Origin: a candidate division WOR-3 bacterium
GTDB lineage: Bacteria > Hydrothermota > Tepidihabitantia > Tepidihabitantales > Tepidihabitantaceae
Assembly (NCBI GenBank): GCA_039801365.1
Contig: JBDRUN010000002.1
Location: forward strand, 4,411-68,410
Length of the DNA: 64,000 bases
Reading direction: 5' to 3'
The notes below the pieces were generated by a model that saw nothing but the letters and a program-made list of their open reading frames with translations, was not told the DNA's origin and did not search any database. The position numbers were made by a program, and so were the translations under genes. Each line of letters begins with the position of its first letter. The first letter of the stretch is position 1. This document shows positions 29,072 through 39,286 of this stretch, piece after piece.

Positions 29072-29793
29072 CAGCCCGCAGGCGATTCTATGGGGGACTC
29101 CATCCCCGCGGATGTGATTATAGCGCGAAGGAACCGGCCTGCAAGCCTGCCAGAACCCGATAGAGATATGCTCCGGGAACTCGTGTTTGCGGTCGGCCAT
29201 CCGCCTGTTAGAAGAACTACCCGCGCTGGTGGCGGCAGCATTGCGTAGGCTCGTCGTCTCTCATCTGCCGTCATGGTTGGCGAAACTCATGGCGACACAG
29301 GTGCGGCTGGCGCTGCCGACCATACTGCAATGCTGCTTGGCCGCACTTTTTTCGGCCTGACTGGCCGTGCATCTGGCCGGACAACAGCGGCCAGAAGTTG
29401 CGGCGCGCGTGGCCGCCCAACTGAGTGGGGGAGTCACTTCCCCCTCCACAGACAGGGCAAGGCCGTCAACCAGCCTTTGGAAGCTAACTCGCGGTAAGAG
29501 AAACCTTTGGCGCAGTTTGAGACAAGGGCGCAGGCTTCGCCCGGTATTCTCTGCCAAGTCAAGCGGTTGAATAATCGCAACGGGAAAACGGCAGGAATCC
29601 GGCAGGTTGGGCGTTCAAGAAGGTTGGTGATGGCACTGGCAAGACGACAGCTGGACGGCTGTGAGCGTTGGCGCGAGAGCCAAGAGAGCCGCTCTGGAAG
29701 TGGCTGCTGGCCGGGCAGGACATCCGCCGCTGACCTCTGATACTTGACTTCCAGCTTCTGGCTTCTGGCATCTGCCCTCGCCCGCTCCTCCTG

Positions 29794-29822
29794 TTGACTT
29801 CCACCCGCTTCTGACCTAGCAT
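29794..29822 (+). promoter_or_regulatory. Sigma70-like promoter TTGACT-17-TAGCAT ending 8 nt before the ATG at 29830, giving a leaderless transcript
   Basis: Read directly. A degenerate duplicate of the -35/spacer motif sits 50 bp upstream at 29744-29772. Confidence 0.45.
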
Positions 29823-29829
29823 CCTGGCG

Positions 29830-30327
29830 ATGATGGGCAAGACCCGCTGTCTGTTTCTGGCCACCTGCCTCGCACTGCTCTTCGCCGGCTGCGACGAGCT
29901 GTTCTACGCCGGGTTGAGCGAGACCGAATCCACCCCGGACAGGCCGGTGTTCCTCCTCGGCAAGGACGACAGCATCTATCATGGTATGGCCAAGGTGTAC
30001 GGGTTCCGTCTCAGCGGCCGGCCCAGGAAACTGCCGCTCCGCCCGGACACCGCGAATCCCTGGGTTGAGTTCTGGTCGGCTCAAGCCGACTCCGGCCTGC
30101 GCTACATCGCGGTACACAAGATTGCCTATGGCGAACTTCCCGGACGCACGTTCCTCGTCTTCGGCCCTGATACTCTGCGTGCCGGGTTCATCTACAGCTT
30201 CAATCCCTGGTATCACGGCATCGGCACCGCCGCCTATTTCGAAATCACGCAGGACAGCTCGGGAGCCAGGGCGATCCACGCCCTGACTGAAGAGGAGTTC
30301 CTGGCAATAATCCACGATACGCTCTGA
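29830..30327 (+). CDS. Lipoprotein (hypothetical)
   Basis: 'MMGKTRCLFLATCLALLFAGC' lipoprotein signal. Confidence 0.6.
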   Translation: MMGKTRCLFLATCLALLFAGCDELFYAGLSETESTPDRPVFLLGKDDSIYHGMAKVYGFRLSGRPRKLPLRPDTANPWVEFWSAQADSGLRYIAVHKIAYGELPGRTFLVFGPDTLRAGFIYSFNPWYHGIGTAAYFEITQDSSGARAIHALTEEEFLAIIHDTL

Positions 30328-30770
30328 TGCATCGCTGAAACGTCCTGGTGGTGCTGACCCTTCTTCTCTCCTGCCGTGGCAGAGGGCCGGGCACGGTTGA
30401 CTGGCAGAGCGTGAACGACTAAGCCTACCAACTGCAGAACGTTGATCTGTAAGCAATGGGCAACACGAAGTTCGATTCTTGCGTGCTTGAGCATTCGCTG
30501 GACGGTAACGAGGAACAGAGGCTCACCGCGGACCAGGTCGGTGCCTTGAAAGCCAGCCTGGGCCGGCAGAAACTGGTTCCGGCGTACCTGAGCATCGTGA
30601 AAGCTGAGGACTATCGCCGGTACTGGCAGGCGCGCCCGCAAGCTCGCCCTGGCCCGGTAGCCCGGAGCCCAACCTGCGTACCTACGCGCAGAGCACTTCC
30701 TAGTATTGTGGCTTCTCTTCGGCACTGGGATCGGCCCTTGACTACGCTTCAGGACAAACTAGACTAAAAT

Positions 30771-30995
30771 ATGCTGTGGGAAGCCAGAATCATATCTGAC
30801 CCGCTCATTTGCAGCGGCAAACCTTGTCTGAAAGGCACGCGGATTCCGGTTCACATTATTCTTGACCTGCTTGCGGCCAACGAGACCTATGCCGGCATCA
30901 AGAAGGCCTACCCGGACATCTCCGAGGAAGACATCCAGGCCTGCATCGGCTATGCCGCGATGCTGGCCGAGGAAGAAGCCGGCATTACGGCGTGA
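30771..30995 (+). CDS. DUF433-family protein (antitoxin-like)
   Basis: 'DPLICSGKPCLKGTRIPVHIILDLLAANETYAGIKKAYPDISEEDIQACIGYAA' is the DUF433 signature. Confidence 0.75.
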   Translation: MLWEARIISDPLICSGKPCLKGTRIPVHIILDLLAANETYAGIKKAYPDISEEDIQACIGYAAMLAEEEAGITA

Positions 30996-31360
30996 GGATA
31001 CTGGCCAAAGAGAATCTCTACGACCCAATCGTAGAATACCTGCGGAACGCCGGTCACGAAGTCTTCGACACCAAACGCACCGGGTTAGCCGGAGCACGGG
31101 ACGAGGCAGTCTACGAGCGGGCGGTCAAAGAGCAGCTCGTCATCGTAACGATGGACAAGGATTTCACCCGGTCACTCCGTTTCCCGCCCGCGAAGTGCGG
31201 CGGTATCATCGTGGTCAAGCTCTACAGAATGACCGTTGACCAGGCGACTGCCGCGTTCCGTCGCCACTTTGAGGCATTGTCCGAGGAACAGGTTCGCGGT
31301 CGGCTGGTCATCGTCACCCGCGATGGCATCCGAATCAGACCTGCAGCAACCACTCGCTAG
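30992..31360 (+). CDS. DUF5615-family PIN-like protein (toxin-like partner of DUF433)
   Basis: 'MRILAKENLYDPIVEYLRNAGHEVFD...DEAVYERAVKEQLVIVTMDKDF'. 4-nt overlap with the upstream DUF433 gene. Confidence 0.7.
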   Translation: MRILAKENLYDPIVEYLRNAGHEVFDTKRTGLAGARDEAVYERAVKEQLVIVTMDKDFTRSLRFPPAKCGGIIVVKLYRMTVDQATAAFRRHFEALSEEQVRGRLVIVTRDGIRIRPAATTR

Positions 31361-31521
31361 CGCCTTAACTCAACCCCGCACGCGGCGCCCTGCGCTGTCA
31401 CGGTCTCTGGTGTTCTCGCCGTGTGCAGAACGAAAGAAACCGGTTTGCACGTCGAGTACGGCCGCCATTTCTTCCCTTCTAATGGCCTTCGCAGAAGCCG
31501 CCCGTCACATCTTGACTTCGC

Positions 31522-31776
31522 TTGCCCAGCTTCTATCCTCACGCGATGGAAGACAGGCATCTGAACCTCTTCTACTCGTACAACCAGAGCAGGGAAGCTG
31601 AGCTCATCGAGAACAACCTCACCCGCGCGTTCATCCAGGCGTTGCGGATGCAGGGCGCCCCTCCTCGCGACAGGCGACGTGGGCGCATTCAGACGTACGT
31701 CCGCCGTGTGCTCAAGCGAGGTGACTACGAATGGCAGACAGTTCGGCTGGAACAGAACGGAAGGGTGGTGACATGA
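31522..31776 (+). CDS. Hypothetical protein (possible N-terminal partner or fragment of the downstream PLD-like gene)
   Basis: Track ORF only. Overlaps the next ORF by about 45 nt in another frame. Confidence 0.3.
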   Translation: MPSFYPHAMEDRHLNLFYSYNQSREAELIENNLTRAFIQALRMQGAPPRDRRRGRIQTYVRRVLKRGDYEWQTVRLEQNGRVVT

Positions 31777-32207
31777 CACGCGAGACACCGCAAGGCGTCT
31801 CGCACGTGCGCGTACTCTACGCATTCCGAGAACTGGCGGCCGCCGTAAAGCAAGTATTGTCAACGAAGCAACGCCGCTTAGTTATCAGCGCGTTTGTGGG
31901 AGAGGGTGCTCTCAATTTTCTGCCACGGCCGAGAAACACCACCTTGGTCTGTTGGCCACAACCGCCAGGGACCAATCCAGCGGCAGTCAGCTCACTCGTG
32001 AAAGCCGGTGTCAAGGTGTTTTTCGCCGACAACCTGCATATCAAGCTCTACTACGGCAAAGGACGGGGCGTGGTGCTGTCTTCTGCCAATTTGTCGCGCA
32101 ACGGCCTCGGCGGCGGACTTAGAGAAATCGGCGTTCTATTGCCACCGGATGCCGTGGATCCCGACCGAGTCCTTTCCTCGCGCCGCTTGAGGGCGGCGCT
32201 CTCTTGA
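31773..32207 (+). CDS. Phospholipase D-like (HKD) nuclease-domain protein
   Basis: 'HIKLYYGKGRGVVLSSANLSRNGL' resembles the HxK(x)4D(x)6GSxN motif of PLD-family nucleases such as NgoFVII and BfiI. Confidence 0.5.
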   Translation: MTRETPQGVSHVRVLYAFRELAAAVKQVLSTKQRRLVISAFVGEGALNFLPRPRNTTLVCWPQPPGTNPAAVSSLVKAGVKVFFADNLHIKLYYGKGRGVVLSSANLSRNGLGGGLREIGVLLPPDAVDPDRVLSSRRLRAALS

Positions 32208-32219
32208 GCAATTCCGAAC

Positions 32220-34346
32220 CTACCAGCCGCTGTACTTGCCGGTGTGTCTCGGGTCATGACGGAACATCGGCCACGGCGAGTTTGCGAGCGTTCCGGTCGG
32301 CCGGCCAGCAATCGCAAACAGGCCGTCGAATCCGCAGGCAACATAGATGATGCCATACTGGTCAACGACCGGCGATGGCAAGAGGTCATCAACGCCAAGC
32401 CGTCTGGGCGAACGGGGTTTGTGCGGCTTGTCAGTGAGATACAGGCCAATGGACCAGCGGATGGTGCCGTCTGAGTTGACCGCGTAGAGTGAGTCGTTGT
32501 CGGCGGTGACGTAGATGACCGAGTCCGCACAGATGAGCGGGGTTGATGCCACGTCGGACAGACACAGCGCTACCGGCCAGCCCGGTACCGGCTGGCCCGA
32601 ACTCGTCAGTCGATATAGATAGCCGTTGTCTGCGCCAAAGTAGATCGAGCCGTCCGGACCGATTACCGGCGAGGAAGATACGCTTGTCGGCGGCTGCACA
32701 AGGTAGGGCGGCCAGGCCCGGGTACCGGACGAGGTGATCGCAAACACGTAGCCCTGTTCGGTACCGAAGTAGATTGTACCATCCGCACCGATTGCCGGCG
32801 ACGAGGTGATATTGTTGAACGTTGCATAGGGGAAGCCTGGATTCATAGCGTGGCTGGGTGAGAAGGAGTACACGTATCCAGAGTCGTCGCAGAGTATCAG
32901 GTTGCCGTTCGGGTCCATTGCCGGCGACGTGTTGAGTTCTTCGGCCAAGCGGTAGTTCCACAGCTTTGTGACCGAACTACCATCGTCCCGGAGCCGGGTG
33001 ATGTAACGGTCCTCGCCACCAACGTAGATGGTGTTGCCGTCAACCAGCGGAGAGGCATACATGTCGTCGCCGGAAATCGTGTCCGGAAATCCCCATTTTA
33101 GCGAGCCTGAGCGGTCGTAGGCGAATATCTTGCCGTTGCCATTACCGATATAAACCGTGCCGTCTGAACCCACAGCCGGCGAGCTCAGATAGGGTTCGTT
33201 GCCAGTTACGAACGATTCATATAGCAACTCGCCTTGATAGGCGTCGTAGGCGTAAAGCGAGCCGTTGGTAACACCGATGACGACCGCTTTGCGGGTCTGC
33301 CCCCGACTGTTCAGGGCATCGGTGAGCGCCGGCGAGGATACAACCTCATCACCGAAGAGGACACCCCACAGGATGTTCCCCTCGCCGACAACCTCAAACT
33401 TCTTCGGGTCGGACGTGTCGGAAACCGCACCATATTGATCCCGGGCGATTGCCTTGATGTAATAGGTACCCAGGGCAGCGTAGCGGCAGGAATCCATCGC
33501 AATAACACCTGATGGGCTGAACGGAGTCCACCTTGGGCTACTGCCGTCACCCCAGAAGAACTGGTACTGAATGTTGTCCTGCTGCGGGTCGGTGGAGTAG
33601 GCGTAAAACCGGTAGTAGGGACCGTTCGGAATGCCGCGATTCGGGCCGGTCAGGACTGGCTTAGAAGGCGGTGTGTTGACCTGGTTGGCATAGAATATCT
33701 TGGCCGGTGACGTGTCGGAGACCGCCGAGTCCGGGTCCATCGCCACAGCTCGAATGTACTTGACGCCCTTGACAAAATACACTACCGAATCAGATACCCT
33801 GGTGCCTGAGGGCACTGGTGCACTCCAGTATGAGACCCGGTTGTCCTCGCCCCAGATGAATCGAATCTGTACCGGGTCACCGTCCGGGTCTGTGGCCGCG
33901 GTTGAGAACTTCTGGTACTGGCCGACCCAGCCGGTATCCGGCCCGGATGGCATTTCAGGTGCATTGGGCCGGTGGTTCGGAGTGCTGACGTAAACCCGTA
34001 CGTTGAGCGTATCCGACCAGTCGCGGGAAAACAGACCGCGCGCGTCCTTGGCTTTTACTCGCACCGAGTAGAGACCGGTGTCGGCCCAAGCGTGGGTCCT
34101 CGAGACGGTATCACCGGACCGGAAGTAACTGGTCGTATCGGTTTTTGAGTCATCCCAGTCGAAGATGTAGAGTACCTTATCCCGGTTCGGGTCGGTTGTA
34201 ACCGAGTAGTAGCGGGCGACTGAATCCTTAGGCACGGAGTTTGGGCCAATCGGCTTGCCCGGCGTCAGTGGTGGCTTGTTGCGGCAGCCGACCGCGAACG
34301 CCAAGACAACGAGTAGTACGGACAGGAAAACTAGGTTCTTACGCAC
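32220..34346 (-). CDS. Lipoprotein with PKD-like domains and a PQQ-like beta-propeller (BamB-like repeats)
   Basis: Lipoprotein signal 'LAFAVGC'. Repeated 'SSPA.G.DGTIY.G...GY.YA' blades. Confidence 0.75.
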   Translation of the reverse strand: MRKNLVFLSVLLVVLAFAVGCRNKPPLTPGKPIGPNSVPKDSVARYYSVTTDPNRDKVLYIFDWDDSKTDTTSYFRSGDTVSRTHAWADTGLYSVRVKAKDARGLFSRDWSDTLNVRVYVSTPNHRPNAPEMPSGPDTGWVGQYQKFSTAATDPDGDPVQIRFIWGEDNRVSYWSAPVPSGTRVSDSVVYFVKGVKYIRAVAMDPDSAVSDTSPAKIFYANQVNTPPSKPVLTGPNRGIPNGPYYRFYAYSTDPQQDNIQYQFFWGDGSSPRWTPFSPSGVIAMDSCRYAALGTYYIKAIARDQYGAVSDTSDPKKFEVVGEGNILWGVLFGDEVVSSPALTDALNSRGQTRKAVVIGVTNGSLYAYDAYQGELLYESFVTGNEPYLSSPAVGSDGTVYIGNGNGKIFAYDRSGSLKWGFPDTISGDDMYASPLVDGNTIYVGGEDRYITRLRDDGSSVTKLWNYRLAEELNTSPAMDPNGNLILCDDSGYVYSFSPSHAMNPGFPYATFNNITSSPAIGADGTIYFGTEQGYVFAITSSGTRAWPPYLVQPPTSVSSSPVIGPDGSIYFGADNGYLYRLTSSGQPVPGWPVALCLSDVASTPLICADSVIYVTADNDSLYAVNSDGTIRWSIGLYLTDKPHKPRSPRRLGVDDLLPSPVVDQYGIIYVACGFDGLFAIAGRPTGTLANSPWPMFRHDPRHTGKYSGW

Positions 34347-34605
34347 GCTTCCTCCCTATATGAAAGCGACGGAGCCTTTTTGTCCAGCAAACCATAATCA
34401 GCATAGCGTAAACACAGACGCCAGTCAATAGTTCGCACTGCATGGACTCGCAATACCGTCTGTCAAGTAAAGAATGACTGCTCTTCTGTGCCGAAGCCGC
34501 GTCCCTGCTGCCCGATACCGGTTCCGGCTGCGTCCCAGTCTGGACAAGCAGGGGAATTCGGCTACCATTACCGGGCGAAAGGTTCTGCTCAGAAAAAAGT
34601 ATCCG

Positions 34606-36246
34606 ATGCGGCAAAGACTTATCCTTTCCCTAATACTAGCCTTGATCAGCACCGGCTTTGCGTTTGACGGAGCCAGGTATCTCGTAATCTGCCGCGACGA
34701 GTTTGTACCAGCTGTCACGCCGTTGGTCGAATGGCGCTACGCAAGTGGCTTTTCGTGCCGGCTTGTCCGACTGTCCGAGACCGGCACCGACACGGCCGCA
34801 GTCCGCAACTACATTGTCAACGCCTACCGTAACTGGCCGGTGAAGCCGGAGTACGTCCTTCTTGTCGCCGACCCGGCGTTTCTGCGCGCCAAGATTTACG
34901 GCTCTGGTCCAACCAGGTACTACTCCGACAATTACTACGGTGACGTGACGGGAGACTTCCGCGCTGAGCTGGCAGTCGGCCGGCTACCGGCTAAGACTAT
35001 TGAACAGTGTGAGCGCCTTGTAAACAAAGTCCTGGCCTACGAAGTCAGGCCGGATACAACCGGCTGCTGGATGCAGAGGTTGACAACAATTGTCCGCGAA
35101 GATGGCGACACCGACGATTCAATCTACTGGGCCAATGTCCGCTATGCCGCGGCCCTGGCTGGCTCAGCCGGGTTTCTCGGCTGCGACTCCCTGTCCTATT
35201 TCCGCGGCCACAATGCGCAGGACGTTGTCAACTCGGTGAATGCCGGTACCGGCTTTGTTCTGTATCGGGGCCGGGGTTCGGGCAACTGGTATTCGCCCTT
35301 CGCCGTTGACCCGGGGCAGTGCAACAACGGTACGCGCCTGCCCATCGTCCTCTCAATCACCTGCGAGACGATGGCGCTTGACCCTTACGACTCGATGGCA
35401 GGCCAGGCCTGGATGCTCGCCGCGGCGCCTGCCATTCTCCGGGGCGCAGCGGCATTCTTTGGCAATACCCATTCGGACAATGACGTCGCGGCTAAGCGCA
35501 GCCCGGTCGCACGCGGGTTCTTTTCCGGACTGTTCGGAGCAGGACGATACCGGCTCGGCGATGCCGCACTACAAGCCAAGGCTCAACTCTATCAAGAGTA
35601 CCCGGACACCTTGTGCCGTGAGGACTACCGCGGCTTCAATATCTTCGGTGACCCGGCGATGGCACTCTGGACCGCTACCCCCAAGCGGATTGACGTAACA
35701 CATCCGGCCGAGGTCCTAGTCGGACCGCACGACATTGTTGTAACCGTGACAAGCCGTGGCAGCCCTGTTCCCGGTGCAACAGCGTGTGCCTCGATGGACA
35801 CTACGGTGCACGTATTCGGACCGACCGACCATCTGGGCCGCGTAACGCTCCGTGTCAACCCGGCCGACACCGGACAGATGCGGCTTGTTGTAAGTGGTCA
35901 GAATCTCTACCCGTATAACGGCGTAATCCACGTCGTCACTGAAGTCGGCGTTGGCGAACAGACAAGAGCACCGGTTACACCGGTACTCGCTTGCCAGCCA
36001 AACCCGTTCCGAACAAGGACTGCAGTCCGCTCGCCGGCCGCAGCCGACATGTCGGGTCGCATCGGAATCTACGATGCTTCCGGCCGGTGTGTCAAAGTTC
36101 TGGCAATATCCCATGCCTCAGCCGTGACCGTCTGGGATGGACGCGACGCATCGGGCAGAACGGTTCAGCCGGGCGTGTACATCGTCCAGCTCGAGGTTAG
36201 CCCAGGCCGAGTTCTCGCCCGAAGCAGCGTGACTAGACTCCGGTAG
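34606..36246 (+). CDS. Peptidase C25 (gingipain-like) family protein with T9SS CTD
   Basis: 'YLVICRDEFVPAVTPLVEWR...VLLVADP...YSDNYYGDVTGDFRAELAVGRLPAKT'. CTD 'CQPNPFRTRTAVRS...GVYIVQL'. ATG at 34606 with signal peptide. Confidence 0.8.
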   Translation: MRQRLILSLILALISTGFAFDGARYLVICRDEFVPAVTPLVEWRYASGFSCRLVRLSETGTDTAAVRNYIVNAYRNWPVKPEYVLLVADPAFLRAKIYGSGPTRYYSDNYYGDVTGDFRAELAVGRLPAKTIEQCERLVNKVLAYEVRPDTTGCWMQRLTTIVREDGDTDDSIYWANVRYAAALAGSAGFLGCDSLSYFRGHNAQDVVNSVNAGTGFVLYRGRGSGNWYSPFAVDPGQCNNGTRLPIVLSITCETMALDPYDSMAGQAWMLAAAPAILRGAAAFFGNTHSDNDVAAKRSPVARGFFSGLFGAGRYRLGDAALQAKAQLYQEYPDTLCREDYRGFNIFGDPAMALWTATPKRIDVTHPAEVLVGPHDIVVTVTSRGSPVPGATACASMDTTVHVFGPTDHLGRVTLRVNPADTGQMRLVVSGQNLYPYNGVIHVVTEVGVGEQTRAPVTPVLACQPNPFRTRTAVRSPAAADMSGRIGIYDASGRCVKVLAISHASAVTVWDGRDASGRTVQPGVYIVQLEVSPGRVLARSSVTRLR

Positions 36247-36258
36247 GCTCTTTTTTCG

Positions 36259-37548
36259 CTAATCCTTTACGAACCGGGCTGCCCTGCCAGCGGTGCGCGC
36301 AACATAAACTCCGGGCTGCAGGGCGACAAGGTTGAGCTTGTAGCCACTGACCGCGACCCTGCGGCCGCGCACATCGTACAGCTCGACTTTCTCACCAGAT
36401 GAAAGACCGCGCACCAGACACACCGACCGGCACGGATTCGGCCACACTTCAAGACGGCCGCGCAAATCGGACCGCGGCGCACCGGCTTCAAGCGCGACCC
36501 AGCCCAAAGGTACACCAAGCTCGACCTTGCGCAGAAACGGCCGCGCACCCGAGTACCCGGTTATGACGTAGAGCGAGCAGTTGCCAATGACTGCACCGGC
36601 ATGCGAACGCTTCACCTGCTGCATCGGCGTTTCGGTAACCCAGGTATTGCTTGCAACCCGATAGCGCTGTACCGCATTCGTTGCCGTGCCGCTGTTCTCA
36701 CCGCCGCACACGTAAATGAATGCGCCCGAGTCCGGATGCATGATAACGTGGGCGGTTGCCCAGCCGGTTGCCTGCGGCATCGGTGCCAGAGTGCGCCAAG
36801 TGTTAGCAACGGTGTTGTAGGCATAACAGGTATTAGTCGCGGTTGTGCCGGATGAAAATCCGCCGAACAGATAGATTGTGTCGCCGACCACGGCTGCGGC
36901 TGGGTCGCGTCTGGCTGCCGGCATGCTGGCAATCGTCGTCCAGGTCTTTGTGCTTGGGTCGAACTTGCGCGCCGTGGCAATTGGCGTACCGCCCGCCGGC
37001 GCGCCACCAAAGCAGTACAGCATCCGGTTGCACACGGCGAACTCATAGTAAAGAAGTTGAGACTGCGGCGACGGACCGACCACACTCCAAGTGTAGCCGA
37101 CAAGGTCAATCATTGTCAGATTGTCGTAGTACCCGCTCTTGAGACTGCCCCAGCCGACATAGATGGTGTCGCCGATAATCTCGACATCGTGATTGTGCAC
37201 CCCGCCGCCCGGGTGGCTGATTGCCATGTCTTCAAACCAGGCATTGTTCGCCGGGTCGAATAGCTGCTGGTACTTGTAGCTCGTGTCCGAAAGCATGGTG
37301 TTACCACAGATGACGCGGATCCAACCGTCCGGGTCAACCACGCCCGCAGTCCGGGTCAGGCCCACGGGAATGCTCTCACGGAACGACCAGAACACCGAAT
37401 CGGTTGGAAACAGCGGCGGTAGTTCGGGCAGTGCGACCAACGGGTCAAACTTAGGGTCACCGTTGTCGCAGCTGCGCACCTCGTCAGCCAGCGCTGGCAA
37501 CAGTACAACAACCAGCGCTAAGCCGGCAAGAAGAACCCTTTTGTACAT
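36259..37548 (-). CDS. Kelch-repeat protein with T9SS CTD
   Basis: Kelch-type blades ('YAYNTVANTWRTLAPMP', 'VQRYRVASNTWVTETPM'). CTD 'WPNPCRSVCLVRGLSSGEKVELYDVRGRRV'. Confidence 0.8.
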   Translation of the reverse strand: MYKRVLLAGLALVVVLLPALADEVRSCDNGDPKFDPLVALPELPPLFPTDSVFWSFRESIPVGLTRTAGVVDPDGWIRVICGNTMLSDTSYKYQQLFDPANNAWFEDMAISHPGGGVHNHDVEIIGDTIYVGWGSLKSGYYDNLTMIDLVGYTWSVVGPSPQSQLLYYEFAVCNRMLYCFGGAPAGGTPIATARKFDPSTKTWTTIASMPAARRDPAAAVVGDTIYLFGGFSSGTTATNTCYAYNTVANTWRTLAPMPQATGWATAHVIMHPDSGAFIYVCGGENSGTATNAVQRYRVASNTWVTETPMQQVKRSHAGAVIGNCSLYVITGYSGARPFLRKVELGVPLGWVALEAGAPRSDLRGRLEVWPNPCRSVCLVRGLSSGEKVELYDVRGRRVAVSGYKLNLVALQPGVYVARTAGRAARFVKD

Positions 37549-38023
37549 CCTGCCCTCCTTTCGGGCTTACCGCACCAGGCCGGCAGGTACGGTCTTTCCT
37601 CTGCGTTGCGCGGGTCGGCACAGTGGAAACAAAGGGTCTTGCCCCTGACGCGCTGCGCAGCTCGCCCACGCTTCACGGGCAATGCGCCGTGCACCGCACA
37701 TCCGGGTCCGGCCAAGCCCATGATAGGCCATGAGGCCGAAGCTGTCAACCAGCCAATAGCAGCCCGAAAACCGAAGTGGCGACAAGACGCCGATGGCCTG
37801 AAAGTCGTAAAGCCAGAGAGTCGGAGAGCCGGAACTCTCGGACTACTCCCTGTCCGGCCAGCCTATTGTGTTTGGCCGCATCGCCGCATGCGGAGAAGAC
37901 GTGCACGTCGCGGTTCCCCATGCTGGACACTTTGGGCCAGCTCCGCACGAATCTCTGTCAACCAGCGTGGCGCCGGTTGAATACCGCTTGACTTTGGGAT
38001 TGTGTCGTCAAGAATATCTTGTA

Positions 38024-39286
38024 ATGGACCGGTTTGTGATTTGCGGCGGCCGGCCCCTGGCCGGTACGGTCACGGCTGCCCGCGCCAAGAACTCGGTGCT
38101 GCCGATTCTGGCAGCGTGTATCTTGACCGATGAGCCGTGCGCAGTCGAGGACGTTCCAGAACTTGAGGACGTTTCGACCATGACCCGGCTGCTGCGTTCC
38201 ATGGGCGTCACAGTAACAAGAAGCGGTCGTTCCATCACAGTCGAGGCTTCACGACCGGTCAAGACCGAGGCGCCGTATGACATCGTGCGGAAAATGCGCG
38301 CAAGTTACTACGTGCTTGGACCGCTCGTTTCCCGCTTCGGCATGGCCAGAGTCTCCCTACCGGGTGGCTGCGCAATCGGCGCGCGGCCGGTTGACCTGCA
38401 TCTGAAGGGCATCAGTGCGCTGGGTGCCCGCGTCAGCCTCGAACACGGTTACATTGACGCCCGGGCGAAGCGGCTTGCCGGAACTACGGTCGTGCTGGCT
38501 GGAACAAAGGGACCGAGCGTGGGCGCAACCATCAACACGATGCTGGCCGCAGTTCTGGCCCGTGGTCGGACAATTATCAAGTGTGCGGCGGCCGAGCCCG
38601 AGGTTGCCGATGTCGCCCGGTTCTTGCGGCGGATGGGCGCGGAAATTGACGGTGCCGGTACACCGGAAATCAGCATCTCCGGCGTAGCTAAGCTGCGCGG
38701 CGTGCGATACCGTCCGATTCCTGATAGAATTGAAGTTGGCACCCTGGCAGCGGCAGCAGTAGTCACCGGTGGCTGCGTAACAATCAGCAACTGCCGGCCA
38801 GGCCATCTGGCAGCACCGCTTGAGGTGCTGCGGCAGACAGGCGCCAGGGTCGAAACAAGCCGCACTTCAATAACTGTTGCCGCTCCGCGTCGGCCCAAGC
38901 CGTTCAATATTGCGACTGCACCGTATCCCGGTTTTCCGACCGACCTGCAGGCTCAATTCATGACACTGGCAAGCGTGGCCAGCGGGACAAGCGTTATCAC
39001 CGAGAACATATTCGAGGCCCGGTTCATGCACGCAATGGAGCTGGAAAGGATGGGTGCGCAGATTTCGCTCAAGGGCAACACTGCCGTAGTCACTGGTGTC
39101 GAACGGTTGTCCGCGGCCCAGGTGATGGCATCGGACCTGCGCGCCTCGGCCGCACTGGTACTAGCCGGACTCGCGTGTCGGGGTCAAACCGAGATTCTAA
39201 GAATCTATCACCTCGACCGCGGGTACGAACGCCTGGAGACGAAACTGAACCGGCTGGGAGCAAAAATTGAACGAGTCCGAACGTAG
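38024..39286 (+). CDS. murA: UDP-N-acetylglucosamine 1-carboxyvinyltransferase
   Basis: Full-length MurA-like sequence: 'VICGGRPLAGTVTAARAKNSVLPILAA' and the active-site Cys region 'LPGGCAIGARPVDLH'. ATG at 38024. Confidence 0.9.
   Translation: MDRFVICGGRPLAGTVTAARAKNSVLPILAACILTDEPCAVEDVPELEDVSTMTRLLRSMGVTVTRSGRSITVEASRPVKTEAPYDIVRKMRASYYVLGPLVSRFGMARVSLPGGCAIGARPVDLHLKGISALGARVSLEHGYIDARAKRLAGTTVVLAGTKGPSVGATINTMLAAVLARGRTIIKCAAAEPEVADVARFLRRMGAEIDGAGTPEISISGVAKLRGVRYRPIPDRIEVGTLAAAAVVTGGCVTISNCRPGHLAAPLEVLRQTGARVETSRTSITVAAPRRPKPFNIATAPYPGFPTDLQAQFMTLASVASGTSVITENIFEARFMHAMELERMGAQISLKGNTAVVTGVERLSAAQVMASDLRASAALVLAGLACRGQTEILRIYHLDRGYERLETKLNRLGAKIERVRT

Noticed and set aside
29570-29660. 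Possible degenerate relic of the palindromic repeat ('ggcaggaatccggcaggttgg')
   Set aside because: Only about 9 contiguous identical bases. Cannot be told from chance in GC-rich DNA without an alignment score.
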